64,000 nucleotides of DNA from Flavobacteriaceae bacterium (GTDB taxonomy: Bacteria; Bacteroidota; Bacteroidia; Flavobacteriales; Flavobacteriaceae), in NCBI GenBank assembly GCA_034367065.1, contig JAXMLV010000054.1:32541-96540 (forward strand). The letters are read 5' to 3'. How positions within the stretch are numbered: position 1 is the first letter of the stretch; each line of letters begins with the position of its first letter. The position numbers and the translations under genes were made by a program. The notes under the pieces were generated by a model, which saw nothing but the letters and a program-made list of their open reading frames with translations, was not told the origin of the DNA and searched no databases. Shown here one piece after another: positions 37,215 through 46,735 of this stretch.

Positions 37215-39653
37215 ATGATTAAAAACTACTTTAGCCTAAAATCCGCTGGGATTATATCGACTTTGTTTTTATTGTTTTCGATAATGACTGTCAAAGCGCA
37301 GACTTTATCGGGTAGAGTAGTTGATTCCGACAAAAATCCGATTGCATTTACCAATGTCATCCTTCTGAAAGTCACCGATTCCATTCCGGTTTTGGGGGCT
37401 GTAACCGACGAAACCGGACTGTATGAAATTTCCGGAATAAAAAATGGCGAATACATTTTAAAAGTCAGCTATTTGGGCTTCGAGACTTTCTTTGAAAAAT
37501 TTACGTTTCCTGATAAATCTCAAATCGATATTCTTTTAAATGCCAATACGACAGAGCTCGAAAGTATCGATTTAGTAGGAAAAAGGCCGACTGTCAAACG
37601 CGAAATAGATCGTTTGGTTTTTAATGTTGCCAATACTTCTTTGACGGAGGGAAACATTTGGGACGTGCTGAATCGGACTCCCGGTGTGATTCTCAATCAA
37701 GATGAAATTTTGATTAAAAACTCGGGAAATGTCGTGGTTTACATCAATGACCGCCGAGTCAATCTGACTTCATCCGAGCTCAAGCAACTCTTGGAAGGGA
37801 CAGCCGCAAACAACATACAAAGTGTCGAAGTCATCACCAATCCGCCGGCAAAATATGATGCGGAAGGAGGCTCTGTTATCAACATCAAAATGAGCAAAAA
37901 TCTGATTACGGGCTACAATGGAAATATTTTTTCAAACTACACCCAAGGGATATTTCCAAAATTCGCATTCGGCACAGGTCAATTTTACAAAACCGACAAA
38001 ATCAATTTTTTTGCCAATTACAACTACAACACCGGCATCAACAACCGGCACAACAACGAAGGCATACAATTTGTCGAAAACAATCAACCGACGGATCGTT
38101 GGGCAACAGTTTTTGACAGGAATTACCGAAATGAAACACATACGCTCAACACAAATTTCGATTATACGATAGACAAAAAAAGCTCGCTCAGCCTGTCGTC
38201 AACCGTACTTTATAAACCCTATTGGAAGCAAGACAATGTTTCTGAAACAGAAATATTTTCATCTGCGAATGTTTTAGATTCTACATTCAATACGGTCAAC
38301 GTGATGCGCGACGAAAGCAGCAATGTGGCTTTTCAGGCGGATTATCAGCGAACACTCAGCGAAAACGGCGCAAAATTTACCGCCAATGCGTTTTACAGCA
38401 ATTACTATTACAACCGAACCCAAGACGTAAACACCAATTATTTTTTGCCCGATAAAACGTTTATCAGAACCAATAGTTTTGATACCGATGCCACACAAAG
38501 CATCAATATTTTCACGGCGCAAGCGGGTTATGAAGGAACCTTAAAAAACGGTTTTCACTTAGAAACAGGTGCGAAGATATCAACCATCGACAGCAACAAC
38601 GAGCTGAAACAATTCAACGTTGTCAACGGACAATCTGTACTCAACATCAACGAAAGCAATACTTTTTTTTATGACGAAACGGTATTGGCGGGATATCTGA
38701 GTTTGGATAAAAATTGGGAAAAATGGCAACTCAAATTAGGTTTACGCGGAGAATATGCCGACATCACCGGAAATTCGCCCACACTCAATTTGATAAACAA
38801 CCGGTATAACCTCAAATGGTTTCCGACACTCTATTTGGGACGCACCGTTTCAGATAATTTGGATATATCGATGTCTTATGGAAAACGAATTGCCCGGCCT
38901 CGGTATGAAATGCTCAATCCCTTCCGGAATTTCTTGACAGACAACGCTTTCAGCGGCGGGAATCCGGATTTAAACCCATCGATTACCCATAAAATGAATT
39001 TGGATGTTACTGCTTGGAAACGACACACTTTCGGATTGTATTTCGATTACATCAAAGGAGATATCCTCGAGTTGAGTTTTCAGGACAACACCAACCGAAT
39101 CATGAAGTTTGCCAGCGTAAATTTGGAGCGAAGCCGTTCCTTCGGATTGGATTATTCTGTCTATTTTGACTTTACTTCGTTTTGGAGTTTTTACGGTCAA
39201 ACGAGCAATTTTTATGATGAGATTCAGTTCATCGGCATCGAATCTAACAACGCTTTGGTAACCAACAACCGCATTTCAAATTACACCTATATCTCCAACA
39301 GTTTTTCTTTGTTGAAAGACAAAAGTCTTACAGCAGATTTGACTTGGTTTTATATTTCTCCAATTGTTCAGGCTTCGACCGATGTTACATCGCGTCAGAC
39401 TTTATCCCTGAGTTTGGTCAAGAAATTTCTCAAGAACAAATGGGTCGCTTCGTTGCAATTCAACGACATTTACAACAAAGGAAATTTTGAGACCAAAACA
39501 CAATATTTGAATCAAGACAGCTTCTACAAAGCACGATTTGAAACCCAAACTTTCAAAATAGGTCTGCGCTATAATTTTGGCAACCAACGACTTTCAACCA
39601 ATCAGAAAGATATTGAGGCTGATGAAAAAGATCGATTGGGTAAAACGCCGTAA
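37215..39653 (+). CDS. TonB-dependent receptor / OM beta-barrel with an N-terminal CarboxypepD_reg-like domain
   Basis: It has a signal peptide, an LSGRVVDSDKNPIAFTNVILL... regulatory-like domain, a plug region and a long barrel (812 aa). Confidence 0.8.
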   Translation: MIKNYFSLKSAGIISTLFLLFSIMTVKAQTLSGRVVDSDKNPIAFTNVILLKVTDSIPVLGAVTDETGLYEISGIKNGEYILKVSYLGFETFFEKFTFPDKSQIDILLNANTTELESIDLVGKRPTVKREIDRLVFNVANTSLTEGNIWDVLNRTPGVILNQDEILIKNSGNVVVYINDRRVNLTSSELKQLLEGTAANNIQSVEVITNPPAKYDAEGGSVINIKMSKNLITGYNGNIFSNYTQGIFPKFAFGTGQFYKTDKINFFANYNYNTGINNRHNNEGIQFVENNQPTDRWATVFDRNYRNETHTLNTNFDYTIDKKSSLSLSSTVLYKPYWKQDNVSETEIFSSANVLDSTFNTVNVMRDESSNVAFQADYQRTLSENGAKFTANAFYSNYYYNRTQDVNTNYFLPDKTFIRTNSFDTDATQSINIFTAQAGYEGTLKNGFHLETGAKISTIDSNNELKQFNVVNGQSVLNINESNTFFYDETVLAGYLSLDKNWEKWQLKLGLRGEYADITGNSPTLNLINNRYNLKWFPTLYLGRTVSDNLDISMSYGKRIARPRYEMLNPFRNFLTDNAFSGGNPDLNPSITHKMNLDVTAWKRHTFGLYFDYIKGDILELSFQDNTNRIMKFASVNLERSRSFGLDYSVYFDFTSFWSFYGQTSNFYDEIQFIGIESNNALVTNNRISNYTYISNSFSLLKDKSLTADLTWFYISPIVQASTDVTSRQTLSLSLVKKFLKNKWVASLQFNDIYNKGNFETKTQYLNQDSFYKARFETQTFKIGLRYNFGNQRLSTNQKDIEADEKDRLGKTP

Positions 39654-39674
39654 TCACTGAAAGTTCCTCAACGT

Positions 39675-40460
39675 TTAATAATCAGAATATGCTGTCGGAT
39701 AAAGAAACAAAATATCGGCGTGATACATGTTGTTTTGATATTTCGGCAACGCTTTGAGTTCGTTCCACTTGGCTGATTCACCAAAAGATTTCCAATGTGC
39801 ATCGCGGCTTGCCTGACTTTCAAAAGTAGTCAAATACATCAGGTTTGGCATGCGATTTCCAGAAATCACTTCCCCAAAAAACACCGGATTGAAACCCAAT
39901 TGATGAAAGAGTTTTAGCTCACCGCCATCGTTGAACATCTCCACTTTATTCCTGAAAAGTGCTTCAGTTGCCGATTCGTAACTTCGCAATTCGTAGATTC
40001 TCTCTGCCCTTGGACTGTCGATGGCAGGTGTTTTCATATTCGGCATGTCTTCAAAAGCACGCAATATTACCGATTCGATACGTTTGTAAGGTGCTTGGTA
40101 AAACTCAGCTTGGATATAGTCAGCTCCGGCGGTCAGAAAATCCTTGTCTTTCAACAAGGCATCTTCGGTATTTTCAAATTGTGTCATCGATGTAAACGGA
40201 ATCAACACATATATTTTTTGCAAACTGTCTTTTTCATTCGGGCGGGACTTAAAAACCCCGACATTTTTGATGTTTTGTCTTTTGAGTGCAGGCAAATAGG
40301 CAATCTTGAGGTATTGATCTGTGACAGACTCCTGACTTTTGGTGTCGAGCGTATAAATTTTCAGTTGGTAAAAATCACGATTCTGCGCCCTCGAAAGCAT
40401 CGATAGACTGAAAACAAAAATCGTGAGAAGGAGTGTTTTGAAGATTGAAAAAATTTTCAT
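39675..40460 (-). CDS. NIPSNAP family protein (two repeats), secreted
   Basis: It has a signal peptide. ...YELRSYESATEA... and an upstream repeat ...YQLKIYTL... are typical NIPSNAP starts. Confidence 0.6.
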   Translation of the reverse strand: MKIFSIFKTLLLTIFVFSLSMLSRAQNRDFYQLKIYTLDTKSQESVTDQYLKIAYLPALKRQNIKNVGVFKSRPNEKDSLQKIYVLIPFTSMTQFENTEDALLKDKDFLTAGADYIQAEFYQAPYKRIESVILRAFEDMPNMKTPAIDSPRAERIYELRSYESATEALFRNKVEMFNDGGELKLFHQLGFNPVFFGEVISGNRMPNLMYLTTFESQASRDAHWKSFGESAKWNELKALPKYQNNMYHADILFLYPTAYSDY

Positions 40461-40560
40461 GTTGATTTGATTTGAAAATAGACTTCAAACTTAGTCAAGT
40501 TGCGGAGGATAAACTAATTTTTAAGTTTTTTGATGACAAAAATTTAGATTTACAGCGTTT

Positions 40561-40929
40561 TCAATCCCTTTTCACCAACACATAAAAGTCGTTCTCTATC
40601 GGCAGGTAACCTTGGTCATAGCAAAAATAATATACAGTCCCGACCTTGGTGGTGTGCAGACTCGTCAAAATCTCAAAATCGAAACCCTTTTCGAGGAGTT
40701 TACTTCGCGCGACTTTGGTCTTTCCGTCACGGTTGAGCGATTGCAAGACACGGTAGTTTTTCCGCAACCGATTGTTTGTATTTCTGATGAGATTTTTCTC
40801 ATCCGGATCTATTTTGTTGTGGTACGCATTGCGGCAATAATCGCTGCAAAACTTTTTATCACTCCGGCCGATGATTTTTTCTCCACATTCTTGACATTGA
40901 TTACTCATATCGTAAATATTTGACTGCAA
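40561..40929 (-). CDS. Small zinc-ribbon protein, function unknown
   Basis: CQECGEKI...FCSDYCRNAYH gives a CxxC...CxxxC motif. The alternative start MSNQ lies at 40908. Confidence 0.45.
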   Translation of the reverse strand: MQSNIYDMSNQCQECGEKIIGRSDKKFCSDYCRNAYHNKIDPDEKNLIRNTNNRLRKNYRVLQSLNRDGKTKVARSKLLEKGFDFEILTSLHTTKVGTVYYFCYDQGYLPIENDFYVLVKRD

Positions 40930-41075
40930 GATACAAAAACGTTTTCAAATATTTACAAACGGATACAAACGAAAGCAATTACTTGACAACCGAATAAAAG
41001 AAACTGGCTGTCATTCCTTTGTACCGTTGTTTGAATGCAACAAGAAAAATTAGTAATCATTTAAATCTTTCTGTT

Positions 41076-41414
41076 ATGAGTACGCTTAGAAACAAAGTTC
41101 AGTTGATCGGTAATTTAGGCCAAGATCCTGAAGTAGTAAAATTGGAATCCGGAAAAAATCTGGTAAAATTTTCGTTGGCTACCAATGAGACTTACAAAAA
41201 CCAACAAGGCGAAAAGGTCACTGAAACCCAATGGCACAATCTCGTTGCCTGGGGCAAAACCGCCGAGATTATTGAAAAATATCTCACCAAAGGCAAAGAA
41301 GTAGCCGTGGAAGGCAAACTTACCTACCGAAATTACGAAGACAAAAGCGGTGTGAAACGCTATTTCACCGAAATCGTCGTCACTGACCTGCAAATGTTGG
41401 GCAACAAACAATAA
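41076..41414 (+). CDS. ssb: Single-stranded DNA-binding protein (short form)
   Basis: It has an OB-fold SSB signature (MSTLRNKVQLIGNLGQDPEV...TQWHNLVAWGK...). Confidence 0.85.
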   Translation: MSTLRNKVQLIGNLGQDPEVVKLESGKNLVKFSLATNETYKNQQGEKVTETQWHNLVAWGKTAEIIEKYLTKGKEVAVEGKLTYRNYEDKSGVKRYFTEIVVTDLQMLGNKQ

Positions 41415-41433
41415 TCCTTTGTTTGTGTTTGTG

Positions 41434-41462
41434 AAAAAAGCCACGATTGTGTGGCTTTTTTT
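41434..41462 (+). terminator. Rho-independent terminator after ssb
   Basis: The hairpin is AAAAAAGCCAC-gattgt-GTGGCTTTTTTT. Confidence 0.75.
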
Positions 41463-41507
41463 GTTTGAAAAGTTTGCCAAAAAAGTTTAATCAAATCCAT
41501 TGCAGCA

Positions 41508-41909
41508 ATGAAAAGTACAAATCTTTCCAACCAATCGGAAAACGAAATATCTTATACAATCAGGGGTGCGATTTATAATGTTTTTAACCTATTAGGCCCT
41601 GGTCTTTTAGAATCCGTATATGTTGTAGCGTTGCGACACGAACTGAAAAAACAGTTTTTAAAAGTCTTGACCGAGGTGGCGGTTCCGGTTTTTTATGAAG
41701 GCGAAAAATTAGAACTGGGTTTCAGGCTTGATTTATTGATTGAAGATAAAGTAATCATCGAAGTCAAATCAGTTGAAAATTTGGCAGAAGTACATCATAA
41801 ACAGGTATTGACCTACTTAAAATTGACGAAGTTAAAATTGGGTATTTTAGTGAATTTCAATGTAGCTAAAATAAATTCAGGAATATATAGAAAAGTAAAT
41901 GGACTGTAA
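41508..41909 (+). CDS. GxxExxY protein (PD-(D/E)XK nuclease superfamily)
   Basis: The 133-aa ORF has GPGLLESVY (the G-x-x-E-x-x-Y motif) and ...DLLIEDKVIIEVKS... (a D...E-x-K motif). Confidence 0.75.
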   Translation: MKSTNLSNQSENEISYTIRGAIYNVFNLLGPGLLESVYVVALRHELKKQFLKVLTEVAVPVFYEGEKLELGFRLDLLIEDKVIIEVKSVENLAEVHHKQVLTYLKLTKLKLGILVNFNVAKINSGIYRKVNGL

Positions 41910-42261
41910 AGTTTTCCCGCAGACACCGCAAATTTTCGCGGATACTTTTTGCGTTTATCAGCGTGATCTGGGGGAGAAAAAAATTAAAATTGGGTGTTTT
42001 GCGAATTTCAAGTTAACTAAAATAAATTCAGGAATATATAGAAAAGTAAATGGACTGTAAGGTTTTCCCGCAGATACCGCAAATTTTCGCGGATACTTTC
42101 TGCGTTTATCAGCGTGATCTGCGGGAGAAAAAAATTAAAATTGGGTATTTTAGTGAATTTCAAGTTAGCTAAAATAAATTCAGGAATATATAGAAAAGTA
42201 AATGGACTGTAAAGTTTCCCGTAGATACCGCAAATTTTCGCGGATACTTTCTGCGGTTATC
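41832..42261 (+). repeat. Tandem repeat, about 2.8 copies of a 151-152 bp unit, made of the last ~26 codons of the GxxExxY gene plus a downstream palindromic element
   Basis: The string TTAAAATTGGGT starts at 41832, 41984 and 42135. Each copy repeats ...NSGIYRKVNGL-stop, followed by CCCGCAGAT...ATCTGCGGG. Confidence 0.9.
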
Positions 42262-42426
42262 CGTTACACGGGTGAGTTGATTTGGGAATGACAACTTCCG
42301 GCAGCCTCTTTTGCAACCCCCTCAACGTATATGATTGACGGTAAACAATACATTGTTTTGGCTTGTGGTGGCGAAAAAATAGGCACACCCAAAGGCAATG
42401 TGATTATGGCTTTTGCGTTGGAATAA
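42256..42426 (+). pseudogene. C-terminal relic of a PQQ-dependent (glucose/quinate-type) dehydrogenase gene
   Basis: The frame reads VIRYTGELIWE-TGA-QLPAASFATPSTYMIDGKQYIVLACGGEKIGTPKGNVIMAFALE-stop. There is no upstream remainder, and an in-frame stop lies at 42289-42291. Confidence 0.6.
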
Positions 42427-43039
42427 TTGATTTGAAAACATATCCTTCTTCAGCAAAATAAGTCAACATTCGTGGCAAAACTACTTTGAGATTTTCATAA
42501 GCTTTTTGGCTGTCGTGAAAGACCACAATGCTGCCGGGTTTGGTATGGCGAATCAGATTTTGGAAACAGGTTTCAGAATCCAAAGTTTGATCAAAATCAG
42601 CACTGACCACATCCCACATTACCAGCGTGTAACCCGCCTTTTTGAGTAGTCTGATTTGCTTGGGTTTTATTTTCCCGTAAGGCGGACGAAAAAGCATGCT
42701 GTCAATGTGTTTGGCGGCTTCGGTCGCGTTTTCGAGATAGGATTTGGAGGTGGTTTTCCAACCATTGAGATGGTCGTGGGTATGATTGCCAACAGCGTGC
42801 CCGGCTTTTTGTATGGTTTGAAATATTTCCGAATGTTGCACCACATTCTTACCGATGCAAAAGAAAGTGGCTTTGGCATCAAACGTATCTAAAACACTTA
42901 AAACCCAGGGCGTTATTTCGGGTGTCGGGCCGTCATCAAAGGTGAGGTAGATTTCTTTTTCTTTGGTTTTAATTTTCCAAAGTAACTTACCAAAAAGCAG
43001 TCTTAAAATAGTGGGGGTTTTATAAAAAAGGCGGTTCAA
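42404..43039 (-). CDS. Polysaccharide deacetylase (NodB-type) family protein
   Basis: LTFDDGP, ...GNHTHDH... and ...RPPYG... motifs are present. Confidence 0.85.
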   Translation of the reverse strand: MNRLFYKTPTILRLLFGKLLWKIKTKEKEIYLTFDDGPTPEITPWVLSVLDTFDAKATFFCIGKNVVQHSEIFQTIQKAGHAVGNHTHDHLNGWKTTSKSYLENATEAAKHIDSMLFRPPYGKIKPKQIRLLKKAGYTLVMWDVVSADFDQTLDSETCFQNLIRHTKPGSIVVFHDSQKAYENLKVVLPRMLTYFAEEGYVFKSIIPTQKP

Positions 43040-43177
43040 AATGGGTAAATGATTGGTTCAATATTGTTCCGTGCTTCAGCCCTGGTAAAATGAAAATGCC
43101 CAATACCCTTATCTCAAAATCTTTGGTTTTCATGAGTAATGTGGCTAAAGCCAAGTTGCATTTCATCTGCTCCCGCT

Positions 43178-43211
43178 GTGGTTGAGCCCCGAAGCGTCGG
43201 GGCTCAACCAC
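43178..43211. other. Perfect GC-rich hairpin between the DUF2723-like gene and the deacetylase gene
   Basis: The hairpin is GTGGTTGAGCCCCG-aagcgt-CGGGGCTCAACCAC, with 14-bp perfect arms and no adjacent T-run. Confidence 0.6.
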
Positions 43212-43253
43212 TAAAACCACAGAAACGATTGGGTTTTCAACGACCAACACCGC

Positions 43254-46200
43254 TTACTCCTTATAAAAATGCTCAAAATAAGCTTCGTGTTTTTGGAAAA
43301 TTTTGAGTTGCTCTTCTACAAATCCATCGTCATGGTATTGCACGATGATGTCGGTCAAACTTCTGTATCGCTCTATGTTGGTGATGATTTCGTCAAAGAA
43401 AGTAAGTTGCTTATCGATGCTCATCTGATTGAAATACGTCAAATATTCTTGGTAATTTTTCACCACACGCAGAAACAAATCTTCCGCTTTTTTGTTTTTG
43501 CCGATGCGATAATAACCTTCAACATAAGGCTCTAAAAGAGAGAAGTAGCCGTATTTTTCTACCGGCGTTTTATCGATTACCAAGTCCATGATTTTTTCGG
43601 CCTTGTCAAACTGGTTCTCGTGAATTAATTGATCGGCCAGACGTGCCAAATTACCCCGATAGTTGATGCTGTTTTTGCGGGTTTCCGGATCGTGATAGAT
43701 GTCTCCGTTCATATTTCCCCAATCCCATTTGAGTGCATTGTTATACATGGTTTCAGAATCGATTCGACCCATTTCGTAGGAGTTTTTCGGATCTACTTTG
43801 GTTTGAATAGGTACCAATTTATAGGTCAAACCATCGAGTTGAAGATAATCTTTCATCCAAAGATATTCGGCGTTGTCGAAACTTCCTCCGGAGAAATAAA
43901 TTGGCCGTTTCCAATCGTTGTTGGCAAGAATATCGAGCATCATCATCCTGTTTTTGGGCAATTGGCTGCCGATTTGAATATCGATGTAAGGGACAATCAG
44001 CGCGGAATCTTTTGCTTTGACGATACCATTCTTGAGTACAGTTTCTTTATCGACCGGAACCCTGATTTTATTGGTCGGGTAAAAAGTGATTTTTTCCCCG
44101 TTAGACAATGTAACTTTGGTTTTGGGATCATCGCTGGATATCCAAGTCATAAAATCTTTGATATTCCAAGTGTTTTCCGTCATTTTTTGATAGATGAGTA
44201 CATCTCTTGTGCCATAACGATATTGGCTGTGTTTGAGTTGAGACGGAATCGGGCTGCTTTCGTAGGCTTTGCGTTTCATCTGGTCGATGTACCAATCGGT
44301 GGCGAAAAGGCTGGTATTGATGGTACGCACATCGGTGCGATACGCTTCAATTTCCTGGGCATACCACATGGCAAAAGTGTCGTTGTCACCAATGGTAAAA
44401 ATGATGGCATCCGCATCTTCTTGGCACGAATCTAAATATGATTTGGCGATGGCTTGTGCCGTATATTTACCCGAGCGGTCGTGGTCATCCCAATTCTGTT
44501 GCGCCATCAAAACCGGTATGGCAAGCAGACAAACAGTTGTGCTGAGAACAACGGCCAATTTGGGTTGTATTTTTCTCTGCAACCAATCAAATACGGCAAA
44601 AGCACCGATGCCAATCCAAATGGAAAATACATAGAAGGATCCGACCAACGCATAATCTCTTTCACGGGGTTCAAATGCGCGTTCATTCAAATATATTTTT
44701 AGGGCGATTCCCATGAATAAGAAAAAAACGAGCAGTATCCAGAAATAATTCAGGTGTTTTTTATAGTGAAAAAATAAGCCGATAAGCCCGAGAAGAAACG
44801 GCAGGAAAAAGTAGGTGTTTCGACCTTTGTTCTTGGCGAGTTCGCTGGGTAGCTTGGTTTGCGGGTATCCTAAGAAAAACTCATCGACAGCGCGGATGCC
44901 GCTGATCCAGTTGCCGTGATTGTCATATTTTCCTTGAATATCGTCTTCCCGACCGACAAAATTCCACATAAAATAGCGCCAATACATATAACTAAACTGA
45001 AATTCGAACATGTATTTCATGTTTTTCAGAAAGGATGGTTTTTCCACGTTGATGTACTCGCTGTAATCGGTTAGAAATTTACTGTATTTAGACATTTCTA
45101 TTTTTCCGGATTTCACTCCGGCTTTTATTTCGCTAATCATCGAACGCAATTGTTCGTTGGATTGGTATTCGGGTTTGATGGTAAAATCAATTGCGCCGGT
45201 AAATTGCATATAATTGCTGATGTTATCAGCATCGGTGCTCCACATTCTTGGTAAAAAACCTTTCTGGCTGTCGTCAGAATTTTGCCTGACGTTTTCCCAT
45301 TTGTTGACGATGATGTATTTGCCTGTTTTTTCATCGCGCTCATAGTTGGGTTTATCATCCAAATAAGGTTTGTTTGGGTCTAAACCGACATAAGCTTCGG
45401 TGAAAAGCGGGCCATAAAAAAGTTTGGTTTCGGGATATTGCTCACGATTGTAGTAAGCCAATAATTCACGTGCATCGGCAGGTTTATTTTCGTTGATAAC
45501 CACGTTGGCATTGGCGCGAATGGGCAACATGATCCAACAGGAAAATCCGACCAAAATGAAAAAGATACTGTGAACAATGGTGTGCAGATGGATGTAATTT
45601 TTCTCTTTGGTATATCGGATGGCATAATAGAATATTGCGATAAAAATAAGCCCGGCAATGAGGGTTCCCGAGTTGAACGGCAAACCGAATGTGTTGACAA
45701 AAAAGACTTCCGAACCACCGAAAAACTTCAATGTATAAGGTAATAAAAGTTTAAATATTACCAGCAGTATAGCCACGACAACAATATTGGCAGTTGTAAA
45801 ATTTTTGACCGTGATGGTTTTCCAGTTTTTAAAATAATATAAAAATCCAATGGCAGGAATGGTTAGCAATGCCATAAAGTGAACACCGAATGAGAGTCCG
45901 ATAACAAATGAAATAAGGATAAGCCATCTGTTGCCACGCGGTTCGTGCATTTCTGCTTCCCAACGCAGTCCGAGCCAAAACATCAACGACATGATGCCTG
46001 CAGCCATCGCATACACTTCTGCTTCTACGGCATTGAACCAAAAACTATCAGAAAAAGTAAATGCCAAAGCACCCACCGCAGCACTTCCCAAAACGGCTAA
46101 CGCCTTAGTATCTGTGAATGTTTCTTCTCCGCGGGCGATTATTTTTCGCAATAAAATCGTCAACGACCAGAATAGGAAAAGGATGGTGAAAGCGCTTGAA

Positions 46201-46454
46201 ACGACGGACACCGAATTGACCATCAATGCGATCTGTTGTTTGTTTTGGGCAAAAATTGAAAAAACGGCACCAAACATTTGAAAGAGTGGTGCGCCAGGCG
46301 GGTGACCAACTTGCAGTTTGGCAGAAGTCGAAATATATTCGCCTGCATCCCAAAAACTTGCCGTGGGCTCGACGGTTAATCGATAGGTTATCAGGGCGAT
46401 ACCAAAAATTACCCAACCTGCAATGGTGTTCCATTTTTTGAAATGCTGACTCAT
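43254..46454 (-). CDS. Large polytopic membrane protein, DUF2723 / GT-C glycosyltransferase-like
   Basis: The 1066-aa ORF has an N-terminal ...TASFWDAGEYISTSAKLQVGHPPGAPLFQM... block that I associate with DUF2723, many TM segments and a large soluble C-terminal half. Confidence 0.65.
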   Translation of the reverse strand: MSQHFKKWNTIAGWVIFGIALITYRLTVEPTASFWDAGEYISTSAKLQVGHPPGAPLFQMFGAVFSIFAQNKQQIALMVNSVSVVSSAFTILFLFWSLTILLRKIIARGEETFTDTKALAVLGSAAVGALAFTFSDSFWFNAVEAEVYAMAAGIMSLMFWLGLRWEAEMHEPRGNRWLILISFVIGLSFGVHFMALLTIPAIGFLYYFKNWKTITVKNFTTANIVVVAILLVIFKLLLPYTLKFFGGSEVFFVNTFGLPFNSGTLIAGLIFIAIFYYAIRYTKEKNYIHLHTIVHSIFFILVGFSCWIMLPIRANANVVINENKPADARELLAYYNREQYPETKLFYGPLFTEAYVGLDPNKPYLDDKPNYERDEKTGKYIIVNKWENVRQNSDDSQKGFLPRMWSTDADNISNYMQFTGAIDFTIKPEYQSNEQLRSMISEIKAGVKSGKIEMSKYSKFLTDYSEYINVEKPSFLKNMKYMFEFQFSYMYWRYFMWNFVGREDDIQGKYDNHGNWISGIRAVDEFFLGYPQTKLPSELAKNKGRNTYFFLPFLLGLIGLFFHYKKHLNYFWILLVFFLFMGIALKIYLNERAFEPRERDYALVGSFYVFSIWIGIGAFAVFDWLQRKIQPKLAVVLSTTVCLLAIPVLMAQQNWDDHDRSGKYTAQAIAKSYLDSCQEDADAIIFTIGDNDTFAMWYAQEIEAYRTDVRTINTSLFATDWYIDQMKRKAYESSPIPSQLKHSQYRYGTRDVLIYQKMTENTWNIKDFMTWISSDDPKTKVTLSNGEKITFYPTNKIRVPVDKETVLKNGIVKAKDSALIVPYIDIQIGSQLPKNRMMMLDILANNDWKRPIYFSGGSFDNAEYLWMKDYLQLDGLTYKLVPIQTKVDPKNSYEMGRIDSETMYNNALKWDWGNMNGDIYHDPETRKNSINYRGNLARLADQLIHENQFDKAEKIMDLVIDKTPVEKYGYFSLLEPYVEGYYRIGKNKKAEDLFLRVVKNYQEYLTYFNQMSIDKQLTFFDEIITNIERYRSLTDIIVQYHDDGFVEEQLKIFQKHEAYFEHFYKE

Positions 46455-46643
46455 TTTGTGTATTTAAAATAACCGGACGAATTTAAGAATAAAAATAAGA
46501 TTGAAAGGCTATAAAGACGCTAAAAAACCAATTTAGTTGAATTTAAAAGACCGCCAAAGTACTTCTTAAGGTATAGTGGAAGGCTTATTTGTCGATGTTG
46601 GAATAAAAAAAAGTAAAAAGTTTGTGCAACCAAAAGATTGTTA

Positions 46644-46651
46644 TAAATTTG
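46644..46651 (+). promoter_or_regulatory. Bacteroidota -7 promoter element for tRNA-Gln
   Basis: TAAATTTG ends 11 nt before the tRNA 5' end. A TTTG (-33-like) element lies about 20 nt further upstream (46620-46623). Confidence 0.55.
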
Positions 46652-46662
46652 CAACCGCATTT

Positions 46663-46735
46663 TGGTCTATGGTGTAACTGGCAACACGTCTGGTTTTGGT
46701 CCAGAAGAGTCTAGGTTCGAGCCCTAGTAGACCAA
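46663..46735 (+). tRNA. tRNA-Gln (anticodon TTG)
   Basis: A cloverleaf can be drawn by hand: acceptor TGGTCTA/TAGACCA, D stem GTGT/ACAC, anticodon stem TCTGG/CCAGA with loop TTTTGGT, and T arm CTAGG-TTCGAGC-CCTAG. No CCA is encoded. Confidence 0.85.

Noticed and set aside
41832-42261. Possibility that the tandem repeats are a CRISPR array
   Set aside because: The units are 151-152 bp and directly abut each other without unique spacers. They also contain a duplicated coding 3' end. This is a tandem duplication, not a CRISPR array.
43020-43250. 76-aa ORF in the spacer between the DUF2723-like and deacetylase genes
   Set aside because: It runs through the GC-rich hairpin and overlaps the deacetylase start. 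No motif or promoter element supports it.
43269-46441. Many 70-268 aa ORFs on both strands inside the 1066-aa DUF2723-like gene
   Set aside because: All are nested in a long, coherent membrane-protein ORF, and their translations look like off-frame artefacts.
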